The notes below the pieces were generated by a model that saw only the letters and a list, made by a program, of their open reading frames with translations, had not been told where the DNA came from and did not search any database. The translations under genes and the position numbers were made by a program. A stretch of 64,000 nucleotides of DNA from Actinomycetota bacterium (lineage in GTDB: Bacteria > Actinomycetota > UBA4738 > HRBIN12). The stretch's first letter is position 1. Every line of letters begins with the position of its first letter. The stretch spans positions 11 to 64,010 of the forward strand of contig JBGGNG010000152.1 of the NCBI GenBank assembly GCA_041287635.1. The letters are read 5' to 3'. This document shows positions 35,012 to 43,698 of this stretch, piece by piece.

Positions 35012-37389
35012 GACGGCGAGCCTATCGACGAAGCGGGGTCGGCGTTCCGCTTCCTTGCTCGTGCCTCTTGAAGGGCCATCCAGACCCGCTCCGAGGTGAG
35101 CGGCAGGTCGAGGTGGCGCAGGCCCCAGGGCGAGAGCGCGTCGATCACGGCGTTCTGCACCGCAGGGGTGGAGCCGATCGTCGCGGACTCCCCGATGCCC
35201 TTGGCCCCCAGGGGGTTCACGGGCGTGGGGGTCTCGGTGCGCGCCGTCTCGAAGTGGGGGAACTCGACCGCCGACGGCATCGCGTAGGTCGTGAGCGTCG
35301 ACGTGACCGGGTTGCCTGCCTCGTCGTAACGGACCTCCTCATAGAGCGCCTGGGCGATGCCCTGGGCGAGGCCGCCGTGCACCTGTCCTTCCACCAACGC
35401 GGGGTTCAGCACCCGGCCGCAGTCATCGACCGCCACATGCCGCACGAGTCGCACCTCGCCGGTCTCGGTGTCCACCTCCACCACGGCGACGTGCGCGCCG
35501 AACGGGAACGTGGAGCCGGGCTCGCGGTAGACGCCCTCGGCACGCAGCCCCGTGTCCATCCCCGGCGGCAGCGTCCGCGCGTCGTGCGATGCGGTGGCGA
35601 GCTCGGAGAGCGAAAGGGACCGGCCGGGCGCACCGCGCACCGCGAACCCGCCACCGGGAGCCACCTCGAGGTCGTTCGGGTCGGCCTCCAGCAGATGCGC
35701 CGCGAGCGCTCGCGCCCCCTCGAGCACCTCTCCACTGCGCTCGAACACCGACGATCCGCCCGCCTGCAACGAGCGAGAGCCCCACGTGCCCGCCCCCCGC
35801 TTCACGAGTCCCGTGTCGGAATGCACCACCCGGATCGCCTCGATCGGCACCCCGAGCACCCCCGAAGCGAGCTGCGCGAACGCCGTCTCGTGGCCCTGTC
35901 CGTGCGGCGAGGTCCCCGTGATCACGGAGACCGTGCCGTCCGGATACGCCTCGACCGCGGCGAACTCCTTCGAGCTGAACGACGTGATCTCGACGTAGGT
36001 GGCGAGGCCGATGCCCAGGGCCATGTGATCGCCCCGTTCCCGTCGGGCGGCTCGCTCGGCGCGAAGGGCGTCGATCCCGGCGAGCCGCTCCGCCTCGCCC
36101 AGCGCGCGCTCGTACTCACCGACGTCGTACACGGTCCCCGACGCCGTCCGGTAGGGGAACGCCTCGGGAGGGATCAGGTTCCGGCGTCGCACGTCGCGAG
36201 GGTCCATGCCGAGCTCGGCGGCGACGAGGTCGATCGCGCGCTCGATCAGGGCGGTGGCCTCGGGCCTGCCGGCCCCCCGGTAGGGTGCGATCGGCGTCGC
36301 GTTCGTCACGACGCTGCGCCCCCTCGAAGCGATGCGCGGGATCGTGTAGACGCCCGCCAGCATCTCGTGCGTCGTGTTCGGCAGGAAGGCCCCGATCGGG
36401 TAGGCGCCCATGTCCGCGATCAGATCCGCCCGCAGACCCACGAGCGTGCCATCGTGTCGAGCGCCGATCTCGACGTGCTGCACCTGCCCCCGTCCGTGGG
36501 TGAGCGCGAGGAGCCCCTCCGACCGGGACTCGACCCAGCGAACGGGGCGCCCGAGCCTCGCCGCGACCGCGGCAACCACCAGGTACTCGGGGTAGACCTG
36601 CAGCTTCGCGCCGAACCCACCGCCGACGTCGGGGGCGATCGTGCGGAAGGAGTCCTTCTCCACCCCGAGGGCGTCGGCGAGGTCGTCACGGACGTCGAAC
36701 GGCACTTGGGTCGAGACCCATGCCGTGAACGATCCGTCGCCGTGCGGTTGCACGGCGATCGCGTTGCCTTCCATGGGCACGGGCGCGACGCGTTGGTTCA
36801 CGAACCGCCCGCGCGCCACGACGTCGGCCCCGGCGAGGACGTCGTCGTCCCATGCCGCCTCGAACGAGGCGACCACGTTCGAGCCGTGCTCGGGCCACAG
36901 GCGCGGGGCCGCCGCGTCCAGCGCCGTCTCCGGGTCGGTCACGGCGGGCAGGGGGTCGTAGTCGCCGACGACCGCTTCGGCCGCATCCTCGGCCTGCGCG
37001 AGGGTGCCGGCCACGACGATCGCGATCGCCTCACCGACGAACCGCACCAGCTCTCGAGCCAGCGCTTCGCGCCCGAAGGGCCCCTCGAGCGCATCGGTCG
37101 AGCCTTCCACCACGCCGCTCGCCGGCAGGCGATCGAGGTCGAGGTCGGCGGCGGTGAACACACCGGCTACGCCGGGCATCGCGCGGGCGGCAGTGACCTC
37201 CACGGCGTTCAGGCGTGCATGCGGCATGATGGAGCGGACGAACACGGCGCGCAGGGCGCCCTCGATCGGCAGGTTCTCCACGTACCGGCTGCGACCCGTC
37301 AGGAAGCGTGGGTCTTCAGAACGGAGGGCCGACACGCCGAACGTCGAGGGAGGCAACGTCGTCACGGGAGCCATGCTCCCAGAGCGCAC
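35008..37389 (-). CDS. Xanthine dehydrogenase/CO dehydrogenase family molybdopterin-binding large subunit (form-II CoxL-like)
   Basis: About 790 aa. Contains PYRGAGRPE (AYRGAGR-type motif). The likely start is MAPVTT at 37374. The stop overlaps the S9 peptidase start (ATGA). Confidence 0.85.
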   Translation of the reverse strand: MRSGSMAPVTTLPPSTFGVSALRSEDPRFLTGRSRYVENLPIEGALRAVFVRSIMPHARLNAVEVTAARAMPGVAGVFTAADLDLDRLPASGVVEGSTDALEGPFGREALARELVRFVGEAIAIVVAGTLAQAEDAAEAVVGDYDPLPAVTDPETALDAAAPRLWPEHGSNVVASFEAAWDDDVLAGADVVARGRFVNQRVAPVPMEGNAIAVQPHGDGSFTAWVSTQVPFDVRDDLADALGVEKDSFRTIAPDVGGGFGAKLQVYPEYLVVAAVAARLGRPVRWVESRSEGLLALTHGRGQVQHVEIGARHDGTLVGLRADLIADMGAYPIGAFLPNTTHEMLAGVYTIPRIASRGRSVVTNATPIAPYRGAGRPEATALIERAIDLVAAELGMDPRDVRRRNLIPPEAFPYRTASGTVYDVGEYERALGEAERLAGIDALRAERAARRERGDHMALGIGLATYVEITSFSSKEFAAVEAYPDGTVSVITGTSPHGQGHETAFAQLASGVLGVPIEAIRVVHSDTGLVKRGAGTWGSRSLQAGGSSVFERSGEVLEGARALAAHLLEADPNDLEVAPGGGFAVRGAPGRSLSLSELATASHDARTLPPGMDTGLRAEGVYREPGSTFPFGAHVAVVEVDTETGEVRLVRHVAVDDCGRVLNPALVEGQVHGGLAQGIAQALYEEVRYDEAGNPVTSTLTTYAMPSAVEFPHFETARTETPTPVNPLGAKGIGESATIGSTPAVQNAVIDALSPWGLRHLDLPLTSERVWMALQEARARKRNADPASSIGSPS

Positions 37390-37452
37390 ACGCGGGAGGG
37401 ATCAGTCACGCGACGACATCGCAGGACCCTCGGCATCGCCGCGGCGGCGATC

Positions 37453-38541
37453 GTGATGGCGACGACGCCGATGGCCCCGGCCTTCGCCGGTAGCGCGCCG
37501 TCGGTCCGGGTGGTGACCGTCGCCGAGCTCGAGCAGCCGGTCGGCTTCACATTCGCTCCCAACGGACGCATCGTCTACCTGGAACGAGCGACCGGCGCCG
37601 TGCGCTCGCTCGACCCCCGCACCGGTCGCGATCGGCTCCTGCACCGCATCACCGGCGTGAACAGCGACGGCGAGCGAGGCGCGCTGGGGGTCGCCCTGCA
37701 CCCTCGGTGGCCGCGTGAACCCTGGGTCTACGTCTACGTCTCGAGGGCCCCGGCCGGCGGCGAACTGCGGAACCAGCTGCTGCGCCTGCGCATCCGCGAC
37801 GGCCGGTCGGTCTCGCGGGAAGTGCTCCTGAACTCGCCGATCGGCGGCCGCGCCAACCACAACGGCGGTCGCGTCGCGTTCGGCCCCGACGGCAAGCTCT
37901 ACGTCGTGATCGGCGACGGAGGCGAGGACCCCGGCACCGCACAGACGATCGTCGACGAGCCTCGCGGGAAGATCCTTCGCCTGAACCCCGACGGCTCGGT
38001 GCCCGCCTCGAACCCGTTCGCCTCGCCCGTCTGGTCGTTCGGTCATCGCAACTCGATCGGCTTCGCCTTCGACCCCGTCACCGGGCGGTTGTGGGAGAGC
38101 GAGAACGGTCCCGAGTGCAACGACGAGTTGAACCGCATCGTTGCGGGCGGGAACTTCGCCTGGGGTCCCTCACAGGACTGCGGCACGCCATCGATGGTCG
38201 AGGACACGAACCGCGACGGACCCGACCCCCGGCGCCTGCCCGAGTTCACGTTCGCCGAGACCGTGGCCGCGACCGGCGTCGCGTTCTGCGATCGGTGCGG
38301 ACTCGGCGCTCGCTACGACGGCACGATGCTCGCGGGCTGCTCGAACGGCACCTGCAAGGCGACCGTCGGGCCCGTGATGCACGTCCCGCTCACGTCCGGG
38401 CGCTGGTCGTTCGCCGGCCCGCCGGCCGAAGTTCCCCTGACGAACCACGACGGCGCGGTGTATTCCATGGAGGTCGCGCCCGACGGTCGGATCTACTTCA
38501 GCGACGGAGAGGGCATCTACCGGCTGAGGCCTACCGGCTGA
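37453..38541 (+). CDS. PQQ-dependent (soluble glucose/sorbosone dehydrogenase-type) sugar dehydrogenase, secreted
   Basis: Six-bladed-propeller family pattern (ERGALGVALHP...HNGGRVAFGPDGKLYV...GKILRLNPDGS...GHRNSIGFAFDP). The start is uncertain. A signal-like peptide lies upstream in-frame without a canonical start codon. Confidence 0.75.
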   Translation: MMATTPMAPAFAGSAPSVRVVTVAELEQPVGFTFAPNGRIVYLERATGAVRSLDPRTGRDRLLHRITGVNSDGERGALGVALHPRWPREPWVYVYVSRAPAGGELRNQLLRLRIRDGRSVSREVLLNSPIGGRANHNGGRVAFGPDGKLYVVIGDGGEDPGTAQTIVDEPRGKILRLNPDGSVPASNPFASPVWSFGHRNSIGFAFDPVTGRLWESENGPECNDELNRIVAGGNFAWGPSQDCGTPSMVEDTNRDGPDPRRLPEFTFAETVAATGVAFCDRCGLGARYDGTMLAGCSNGTCKATVGPVMHVPLTSGRWSFAGPPAEVPLTNHDGAVYSMEVAPDGRIYFSDGEGIYRLRPTG

Positions 38542-38548
38542 GGCCGGC

Positions 38549-39706
38549 ATGAGGCCCGCCGACCCACCGATGACGCACGAGGAGGCCGAGGACCCGATGC
38601 ACATCCGAGCCGCGAAGACGCTCGCAGGAGCCCTGACGATCGTGCTCACCGCCGCCCTGATCGCCTCCGTGGTCGCCGGCTCCGCCGCGGCTGGAGCCGG
38701 CGTCGGCACGGTGAAGGTGGCGGACGGACTGAACGGACCCGCCGCGTTCACGTTCACGCCCAAGGGCACGATCGTCTACCTCGAGCGGGCCACGGGTGTG
38801 GTTCGCTTCCGCAACCCGACGACGGACTTCGACCGCCTGTTCTTCCGCATCCGCGGTGTGAGCGGCGCTGGCGAGCGCGGCGCGCTGGGGGTCGCGCTGC
38901 ACTCGCGCTGGCCCGAGAAGCCTTTCGTCTACGTCTACGTCACGCGACGCGCCGACGGCAGGCTCCGCAACCAGATCGTGCGGATCCGCGACCGGGGAGG
39001 GAGGGGCGCGGGACTCACGACGATCCTGGCGACCCCCGCGAGCTCCAGCCCGTACCACAACGGCGGCCGCATCATGTTCGGCCCCGACGGCAAGCTCTAC
39101 GCGATCGTCGGGGACGGCCACAACGCGAGGAACGCTCAGGACCGCACGGGGAACCTCCGCGGCAAGATCCTGCGCATGAACCCCGACGGCTCGGTGCCCG
39201 GCACGAACCCGATGATCGGAGGGCGGCGCAGTCGCATCTTCGCCTACGGCATCCGCAACTCCTTCGGCTTCACGTTCGACCCCGCGCAGGGGAACCTCTG
39301 GGAGACCGAGAACGGCTCGGAGTGCTACGTCGAGATCAACTAGTTGCAGCCGGGCGACAACTACGCCTGGGGACCGGGTCAGAGCTGTCCCGACACGAAC
39401 CAGGACGGACCCGAGCCGCGCCGTCAACCCGAGGTGACCTTCTCGAACACGATCGGCATCACCGGCGCCGCTTTCTGCGACGGCTGCGGCCTCGCCGGAC
39501 GTGATGGCGACCTGCTGTTCGGCGCGTGTTGCGACGGCGGTCTCGTGCGCCGGGTCTCGCTCGACGCCGCGCGCGACGACGTCGTCGGCGGCCCGATCAC
39601 GATGCTGGACGCCCCCGGAGGATCGGTCTACTCGATGGAGGTCGGCCCGAACGGGAGCATCTACTTCAGCGACAACGACTCGATCTATCGGCTCCTCGAC
39701 GCTTAG
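38549..39706 (+). pseudogene. Paralogous PQQ-type sugar dehydrogenase interrupted by one in-frame TAG (39341-39343)
   Basis: ORFs 38549-39343 and 39344-39706 are in the same frame and together align along the whole upstream paralogue (ECNDELNRIVAGGNFAWGP versus ECYVEIN*LQPGDNYAWGP). Confidence 0.65.
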
Positions 39707-39795
39707 GCGGCCGCAGGGAGCCGATACCCAGAACGGCCGGCCGGGAGTAGGCTCGATGGGAGCCGGGACCGCCCGAGACCCTCCGGGGGTGAGCG

Positions 39796-39945
39796 ATGGA
39801 CATCGGACAGCCAAAGCGGATCATCGAGATCGAACCGGCGACGCTGCCACTGCCGGGAGAGATCGAGCCCGACCCCGAGGCCGAACCCGCGGTTCGGCCC
39901 GCCCGCGAGCCGGAGCCGGCCGTTCCCGAACGTCGTCCGTCGTGA
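39796..39945 (+). CDS. Small acidic/Pro-rich ORF (49 aa)
   Basis: MDIGQPKRIIEIEPATLPLPGEIEPDPE... A GGGGGTGAG RBS-like sequence lies upstream. The stop overlaps the GTG of the next gene (GTGA). GC3 is only about 78%. Confidence 0.35.
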   Translation: MDIGQPKRIIEIEPATLPLPGEIEPDPEAEPAVRPAREPEPAVPERRPS

Positions 39946-40517
39946 ACCATCGGTCCGCGACGCTCGAGGGTCTCCCCACCGACGTTCGCGCCGAGCCGAT
40001 CGTCGCGTGGCGTGCGTGGGCCCTGACGGGCCACCGCGACGGCACGGGCCTGTTGCTGCGACCCGTCGCCAAGCGCGCTCGTCTCTGGCGGCCTCGCGAG
40101 ATCGTGGAAGCCTCATGCCGCACGTCTCGTCGGCACGAGGCTCCCGACCCCCGGTGCACGTGCGGGCTGCACGCCACGCACACGATCGACCCGCTCCGTC
40201 GCACCAGGTCCCCCGCCGTGCTCGGACGTGTCGCGCTCTGGGGTCGAGTGGTCGAGCACGAGCACGGGTTCCGCGCGCAGTACGCCTATCCACAGCGGCT
40301 GCGGTTGATCTGTCAGTTCTGCTTCTGGATGAGCGAACCACGTCGGTCGACGCCCGACCACGTCGGCTGGTTCCCGCACGACGAGCTGATCCCCGTCTGC
40401 GAGGAGCACCTGGCGGTCGCTCGCCGCAACGGTGTGTCACCGCGGCTCGTGCTCCCCGCCCCAGAGGTGGTCCAGCGGCTGCGCGACACCTACACCGTGG
40501 ACCCGCTGGCGGTCTGA
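39942..40517 (+). CDS. Cys-rich hypothetical protein
   Basis: 191 aa with AWRAWAL...ASCRTSRRHEAPDPRCTCGLHA...CQFCFW...PVCEEH. I recall this pattern from uncharacterised actinobacterial and actinophage proteins. Not verified. Confidence 0.55.
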   Translation: MNHRSATLEGLPTDVRAEPIVAWRAWALTGHRDGTGLLLRPVAKRARLWRPREIVEASCRTSRRHEAPDPRCTCGLHATHTIDPLRRTRSPAVLGRVALWGRVVEHEHGFRAQYAYPQRLRLICQFCFWMSEPRRSTPDHVGWFPHDELIPVCEEHLAVARRNGVSPRLVLPAPEVVQRLRDTYTVDPLAV

Positions 40518-40518
40518 G

Positions 40519-41100
40519 CTACCGCCCGTCCCTCGCCGCCCGCTTCCGCGCGGCCGTGCGGGCGAGCCGATCTCGCAGATCAGCGGCCTGACGGGCGACG
40601 TCATCGGTGGGTTCGGAGGATTGGGGCTCCGCGTCGTCGTGGCCCGCCGGCTCGGGCGACGCGCCGAGCGCCGGAGCGATCTCGCCGCGCGTCGCAGCCT
40701 CGATCCGCGCGCTGATCTCATCGAGCCGGCGCTCAGCGTCACGAACCCGGCGCTCGGCGTCCTCGACCCGGCGTTCGAGCGGGGCGAGCGACGCCAGGCG
40801 GTCGCGGATCAGTCGCTCACGCTCCTCGGCTTCTGATGCTCTTGCGATCGACACGTCGCGCTCGTGCGCGACCTCGACGAGTGCCATCGCCGCGTCGTCG
40901 GCGGGTGCGGCAGCGGCCACGGGCGCAGGAGCGTCAACGGGCATGTCGGCTCCGACGCGGGCCACGATGTCGGCCTCGACGGGCGGTTCGACGGACGGCT
41001 CGACGGACGGCTCGTCGCTCGCCGGCGAGCCAGACTTCGAGCCCCGAGACCGGAACCATCGCCCCGCAGGACGTTTGGGATCCTCCATGACCTGCATCAT
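40519..41100 (-). CDS. Coiled-coil hypothetical protein
   Basis: 193 aa. EPSVEPSVEPPVE repeat and a long charged helix (ERERLIRDRLASLAPLERRVEDAERRVRDAERRLDE). Confidence 0.5.
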   Translation of the reverse strand: MMQVMEDPKRPAGRWFRSRGSKSGSPASDEPSVEPSVEPPVEADIVARVGADMPVDAPAPVAAAAPADDAAMALVEVAHERDVSIARASEAEERERLIRDRLASLAPLERRVEDAERRVRDAERRLDEISARIEAATRGEIAPALGASPEPAGHDDAEPQSSEPTDDVARQAADLRDRLARTAARKRAARDGR

Positions 41101-41193
41101 CGGCCGCCAGGTCGCGTTCCTTCACCCTTCGCCGATCCCCATCGGATTGGCTCTCGACGTGACGGACGTCACCGACCCACCTCGCCCGGCCGG

Positions 41194-41223
41194 CTCAAGC
41201 TACGAGGACTCTCCTCCGATACC
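41194..41223 (+). promoter_or_regulatory. Sigma28/WhiG-like promoter candidate (CTCAAG-N16-CCGATACC)
   Basis: The motif ends 35 nt upstream of the M23 peptidase ATG. The same arrangement occurs upstream of the paralogue at 54274-54304. Confidence 0.4.
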
Positions 41224-41258
41224 GAGACGGAACCCCCTGACGGAGAAGCTCGCAGTCC

Positions 41259-42065
41259 ATGACGTCCCCCCGATCGATCCGCCATGCCCTGACGGTCGTC
41301 ACGCTCATGACGGCCGTGCTCATCCCTGCCGTGCCCGCGCACGCCCGCTCGGTGCTCGAGGGCGAACTCGCCGAACGCTCCGCGATCATCGACTCGATCG
41401 AGCAGATGCGCGACCGTCGGGGTCGCAGCGTGACCCGCATGCGCTCCGTGATCGCCGATACCTCACATCGATTGCGGCATATGCCGAGCCGGGTTGTCAT
41501 CGCGAACCCTGAGCGGTTCCTGCATCTGCGCAGGGAGCTGCGCCAGCAACGCGATGAGGCGGAACGCCGTATCGAGCGGTCGGGGCGGTTCGTCGAGCGG
41601 CGCATCGGCGCGCTGCAAGCGCGCCGCCGAACGATCGACGCCTGGGTGGCGACCTGGGGCATCTTCGAGCACTGCCCGATCCGCGGGTGGCACTCGATCT
41701 CCGACAACTTCGGCATCACGGTGCGGCTCCCGGGGGTGCCCGTCCATCGACACATGGGCAACGACATCCTCGCCGCCGCAGGTACACCCATCGTGGCGCC
41801 GTTCGACGGGTACGCGACGGCTTCGACGGGTGTGCTCGGAGGCCTCGAGGTCCGTGTCAGCGGGGCTCGAGGGTACGTCTACAACGCGCATCTCTCGTCG
41901 TATGGCACGCTCGGCCAGGTGAGCGCCGGAACCGTGATCGGCTACGTCGGTGCGACCGGCGATGCGACCACTGCCCACGACCACCTGGAATGGCACCCGA
42001 ACGGCGGGTTGGCCGTCGATCCCTACCCGTACCTGGTCGTCAGCTGCGACGCGGCCGCCCAGTAG
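41259..42065 (+). CDS. M23-family peptidoglycan metalloendopeptidase with an N-terminal coiled coil
   Basis: 268 aa with a signal peptide, HRHMGNDILAAAGTPIVAPFDG and AHDHLEWH (HxxxD / HxH motifs). Confidence 0.85.
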   Translation: MTSPRSIRHALTVVTLMTAVLIPAVPAHARSVLEGELAERSAIIDSIEQMRDRRGRSVTRMRSVIADTSHRLRHMPSRVVIANPERFLHLRRELRQQRDEAERRIERSGRFVERRIGALQARRRTIDAWVATWGIFEHCPIRGWHSISDNFGITVRLPGVPVHRHMGNDILAAAGTPIVAPFDGYATASTGVLGGLEVRVSGARGYVYNAHLSSYGTLGQVSAGTVIGYVGATGDATTAHDHLEWHPNGGLAVDPYPYLVVSCDAAAQ

Positions 42066-42079
42066 TCCGTGACGGACTA
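42063..42079. terminator. Palindrome TAGTCCGTGACGGACTA containing both convergent stop codons
   Basis: Read directly. TAG (M23) is at 42063-65 and CTA (M15, minus strand) is at 42077-79. Confidence 0.4.
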
Positions 42080-42730
42080 GCGGCCATTGACCGAGAAGTG
42101 CTGGTAGTCCTTCTCTCCGGCCCAGTCGCCGCCCCACTCCCACCCGACGGCGTGGAACGCCCACCACACCCGGTCGTGATGGTGCACCATGCCTCGGCGG
42201 TGGTTCGATCGATCGAGGTACGTCTCACCGGCGGGCGGTGAGACGCCACCGCTCCATACGAACGGGTTCTGCACCGGGTTCAGGTCGAGTGCGCGGCCGT
42301 ACGCGTGCTGCGACCAGCGGCAGCACACACCGGCGCGCCAGCGGCAGTTGAACGCCGACGTGTTGTTCGCCTTCATCGAGCGCATGTCGTCGGCGCCGTA
42401 GTGGTCGACGAGGCGCATGCGTCTGATCGGGAACCGGTCGTCGTAGAGGCGACGGAACACCCGCGCGATGTCGTCGGCGTACCAGCGGTGCAGGACCATG
42501 CGCCCGGTATGGGCCTGGCGGTCAAATCCCCAGTACGTCATACGGACGATCCGCAGGTCGGCGAAGCCCACCGGGCAGCCGGGCCGCCACGACCGTCCGG
42601 TCATCAGCTCGCGCGTACCGGGCCCGATCGGCGAGATGCGCGACTCGTACTCCGGCGCGCCGGCCCGGGCCGGCGACCCCCACGCCACGACCGCGGCGGC
42701 GACCAGGGCGAGGGCGACCAGGCGGCGCAC
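42077..42730 (-). CDS. M15-family (VanY/D-Ala-D-Ala carboxypeptidase-like) metallopeptidase
   Basis: 217 aa from a GTG 2 nt after the upstream stop. Signal peptide, then SQHAYGRALDLNP and DYQHFS zinc-ligand motifs. Confidence 0.8.
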   Translation of the reverse strand: MRRLVALALVAAAVVAWGSPARAGAPEYESRISPIGPGTRELMTGRSWRPGCPVGFADLRIVRMTYWGFDRQAHTGRMVLHRWYADDIARVFRRLYDDRFPIRRMRLVDHYGADDMRSMKANNTSAFNCRWRAGVCCRWSQHAYGRALDLNPVQNPFVWSGGVSPPAGETYLDRSNHRRGMVHHHDRVWWAFHAVGWEWGGDWAGEKDYQHFSVNGR

Positions 42731-42732
42731 GC

Positions 42733-43476
42733 TCAGCTTCGCACCTTCCCGAGCAGCCGCAGGATCTCGAGGTACAGCCAGATCAGCGTCGCGATCAGCC
42801 CGAACGCGCAGTACCACGACATGTACGTGGGAGCGCCGGCCTTCGCGCCTTCCTCGATGAAGTAGAAGTCGACGAAGAGGTTCAACGCCGCCACGATGCA
42901 GATGCCGACGCTGACCGCGATGCCGAGCGGCGTCGGGTCGTTGATGAACCCGAGCTCCACCCCGAACAGGCCGAGGACGATCGCCACGACGTACATCAGC
43001 AGGATGCCGAGCGTCGCCATCATCACGACCGCCACGAACTTCTTCGTCACCTTCACGATGCGCGAGCCGTAGAGGAACAGCGCGCCCGCGAACACCGCGA
43101 AGGTCGCGAACACCGCCTGCAGCACGATGCCGTCGAACTCCTGCTCATAGCCGAACGAGATCACGCCCGCCCAGAAGCCCATGACGACGGAGTACAGCGG
43201 GCCGGTGAACGGCGCGATCTGCGGCTTGAACGCGGTGACGATCGACAGCACGATGAGTCCCAGCAGGCCGATCATCATGATCGTGCCGACGGTGCCCGAG
43301 ATCTGGTCCCCGAAGGACCAGCCGTACGTCGCGCTCGCGATCGCGAGCACGAGCAGGAACGCCGCCCTGAAGATCGTGCCGTTCAGCGTCATGACCTTGG
43401 GCGCGACGTCGGGTCGGCCTGGGATCGTGATCGGTTCCAGGTGCGGCGCGTTCTGGAACGTCTTCTCGTTCAGCAT
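42733..43476 (-). CDS. Bax-inhibitor-1/YccA-family membrane protein
   Basis: 247 aa from MLNEKTF with seven hydrophobic helices and a C-terminal charged tail typical of the family. Confidence 0.8.
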   Translation of the reverse strand: MLNEKTFQNAPHLEPITIPGRPDVAPKVMTLNGTIFRAAFLLVLAIASATYGWSFGDQISGTVGTIMMIGLLGLIVLSIVTAFKPQIAPFTGPLYSVVMGFWAGVISFGYEQEFDGIVLQAVFATFAVFAGALFLYGSRIVKVTKKFVAVVMMATLGILLMYVVAIVLGLFGVELGFINDPTPLGIAVSVGICIVAALNLFVDFYFIEEGAKAGAPTYMSWYCAFGLIATLIWLYLEILRLLGKVRS

Positions 43477-43548
43477 CTGTCGGGACACGCGGGGTTCCTC
43501 CTCGTCGAGTCGACTCGCTCGCGCGATCGTATGACGCACGCGGCGCAG

Positions 43549-43624
43549 TGGTGGAGACGACCGGGATCGAACCGGCGACCTCCGGCTTGCAAAGCCGGCG
43601 CTCTTCCAACTGAGCTACGTCCCC
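43549..43624 (-). tRNA. tRNA-Ala (anticodon TGC)
   Basis: GGGGACGTAGCTCAGTTGGAAGAGCGCCGGCTTTGCAAGCCGGAGGTCGCCGGTTCGATCCCGGTCGTCTCCACCA. Cloverleaf folds with a G3:U70 pair and an encoded CCA. Confidence 0.95.
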
Positions 43625-43698
43625 TCGTCGTGCTCCGAGTCTATCGAGGCACCACGCCCCGGTGCGGATGTGGAACCATCCGTGGATGGCAGCGGCCG

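Noticed and set aside
4340-39343. The two in-frame TAG codons (4340-4342 and 39341-39343) as evidence for amber suppression or pyrrolysine-type recoding.
   Set aside because: No pyl genes or suppressor tRNA are in the window. TAG is also used as an ordinary stop here (for example M23, M15 and gyrA). Two cases are easily explained by a nonsense mutation and by chance frame agreement.
39828-39842. A 15-nt identity (17 of 18 when extended) to the T-arm of tRNA-Ala (43565-43579, GATCGAACCGGCGAC). This could be an att-site remnant delimiting a 3.7 kb island that ends at the tRNA.
   Set aside because: The match does not reach the tRNA 3-prime end, where integrase att cores normally lie. It sits inside a plausible coding frame (EIEPAT). 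No integrase or excisionase is present, and the enclosed genes (M23, M15, BI-1) look like core cell-envelope genes. It is most likely chance.
41101-41258. A possible c-di-AMP (ydaO-type) riboswitch upstream of the cell-wall hydrolase genes, also considered for 54238-54340, since such riboswitches precede rpf and hydrolase genes in actinobacteria.
   Set aside because: The leaders are short (about 35 nt after the promoter-like motif). I could not find the conserved ydaO segments (for example GGGGACCCA or CCGAACCCGnCAGCTAACCTCGTAAGCG). The shared element is better explained as a promoter.
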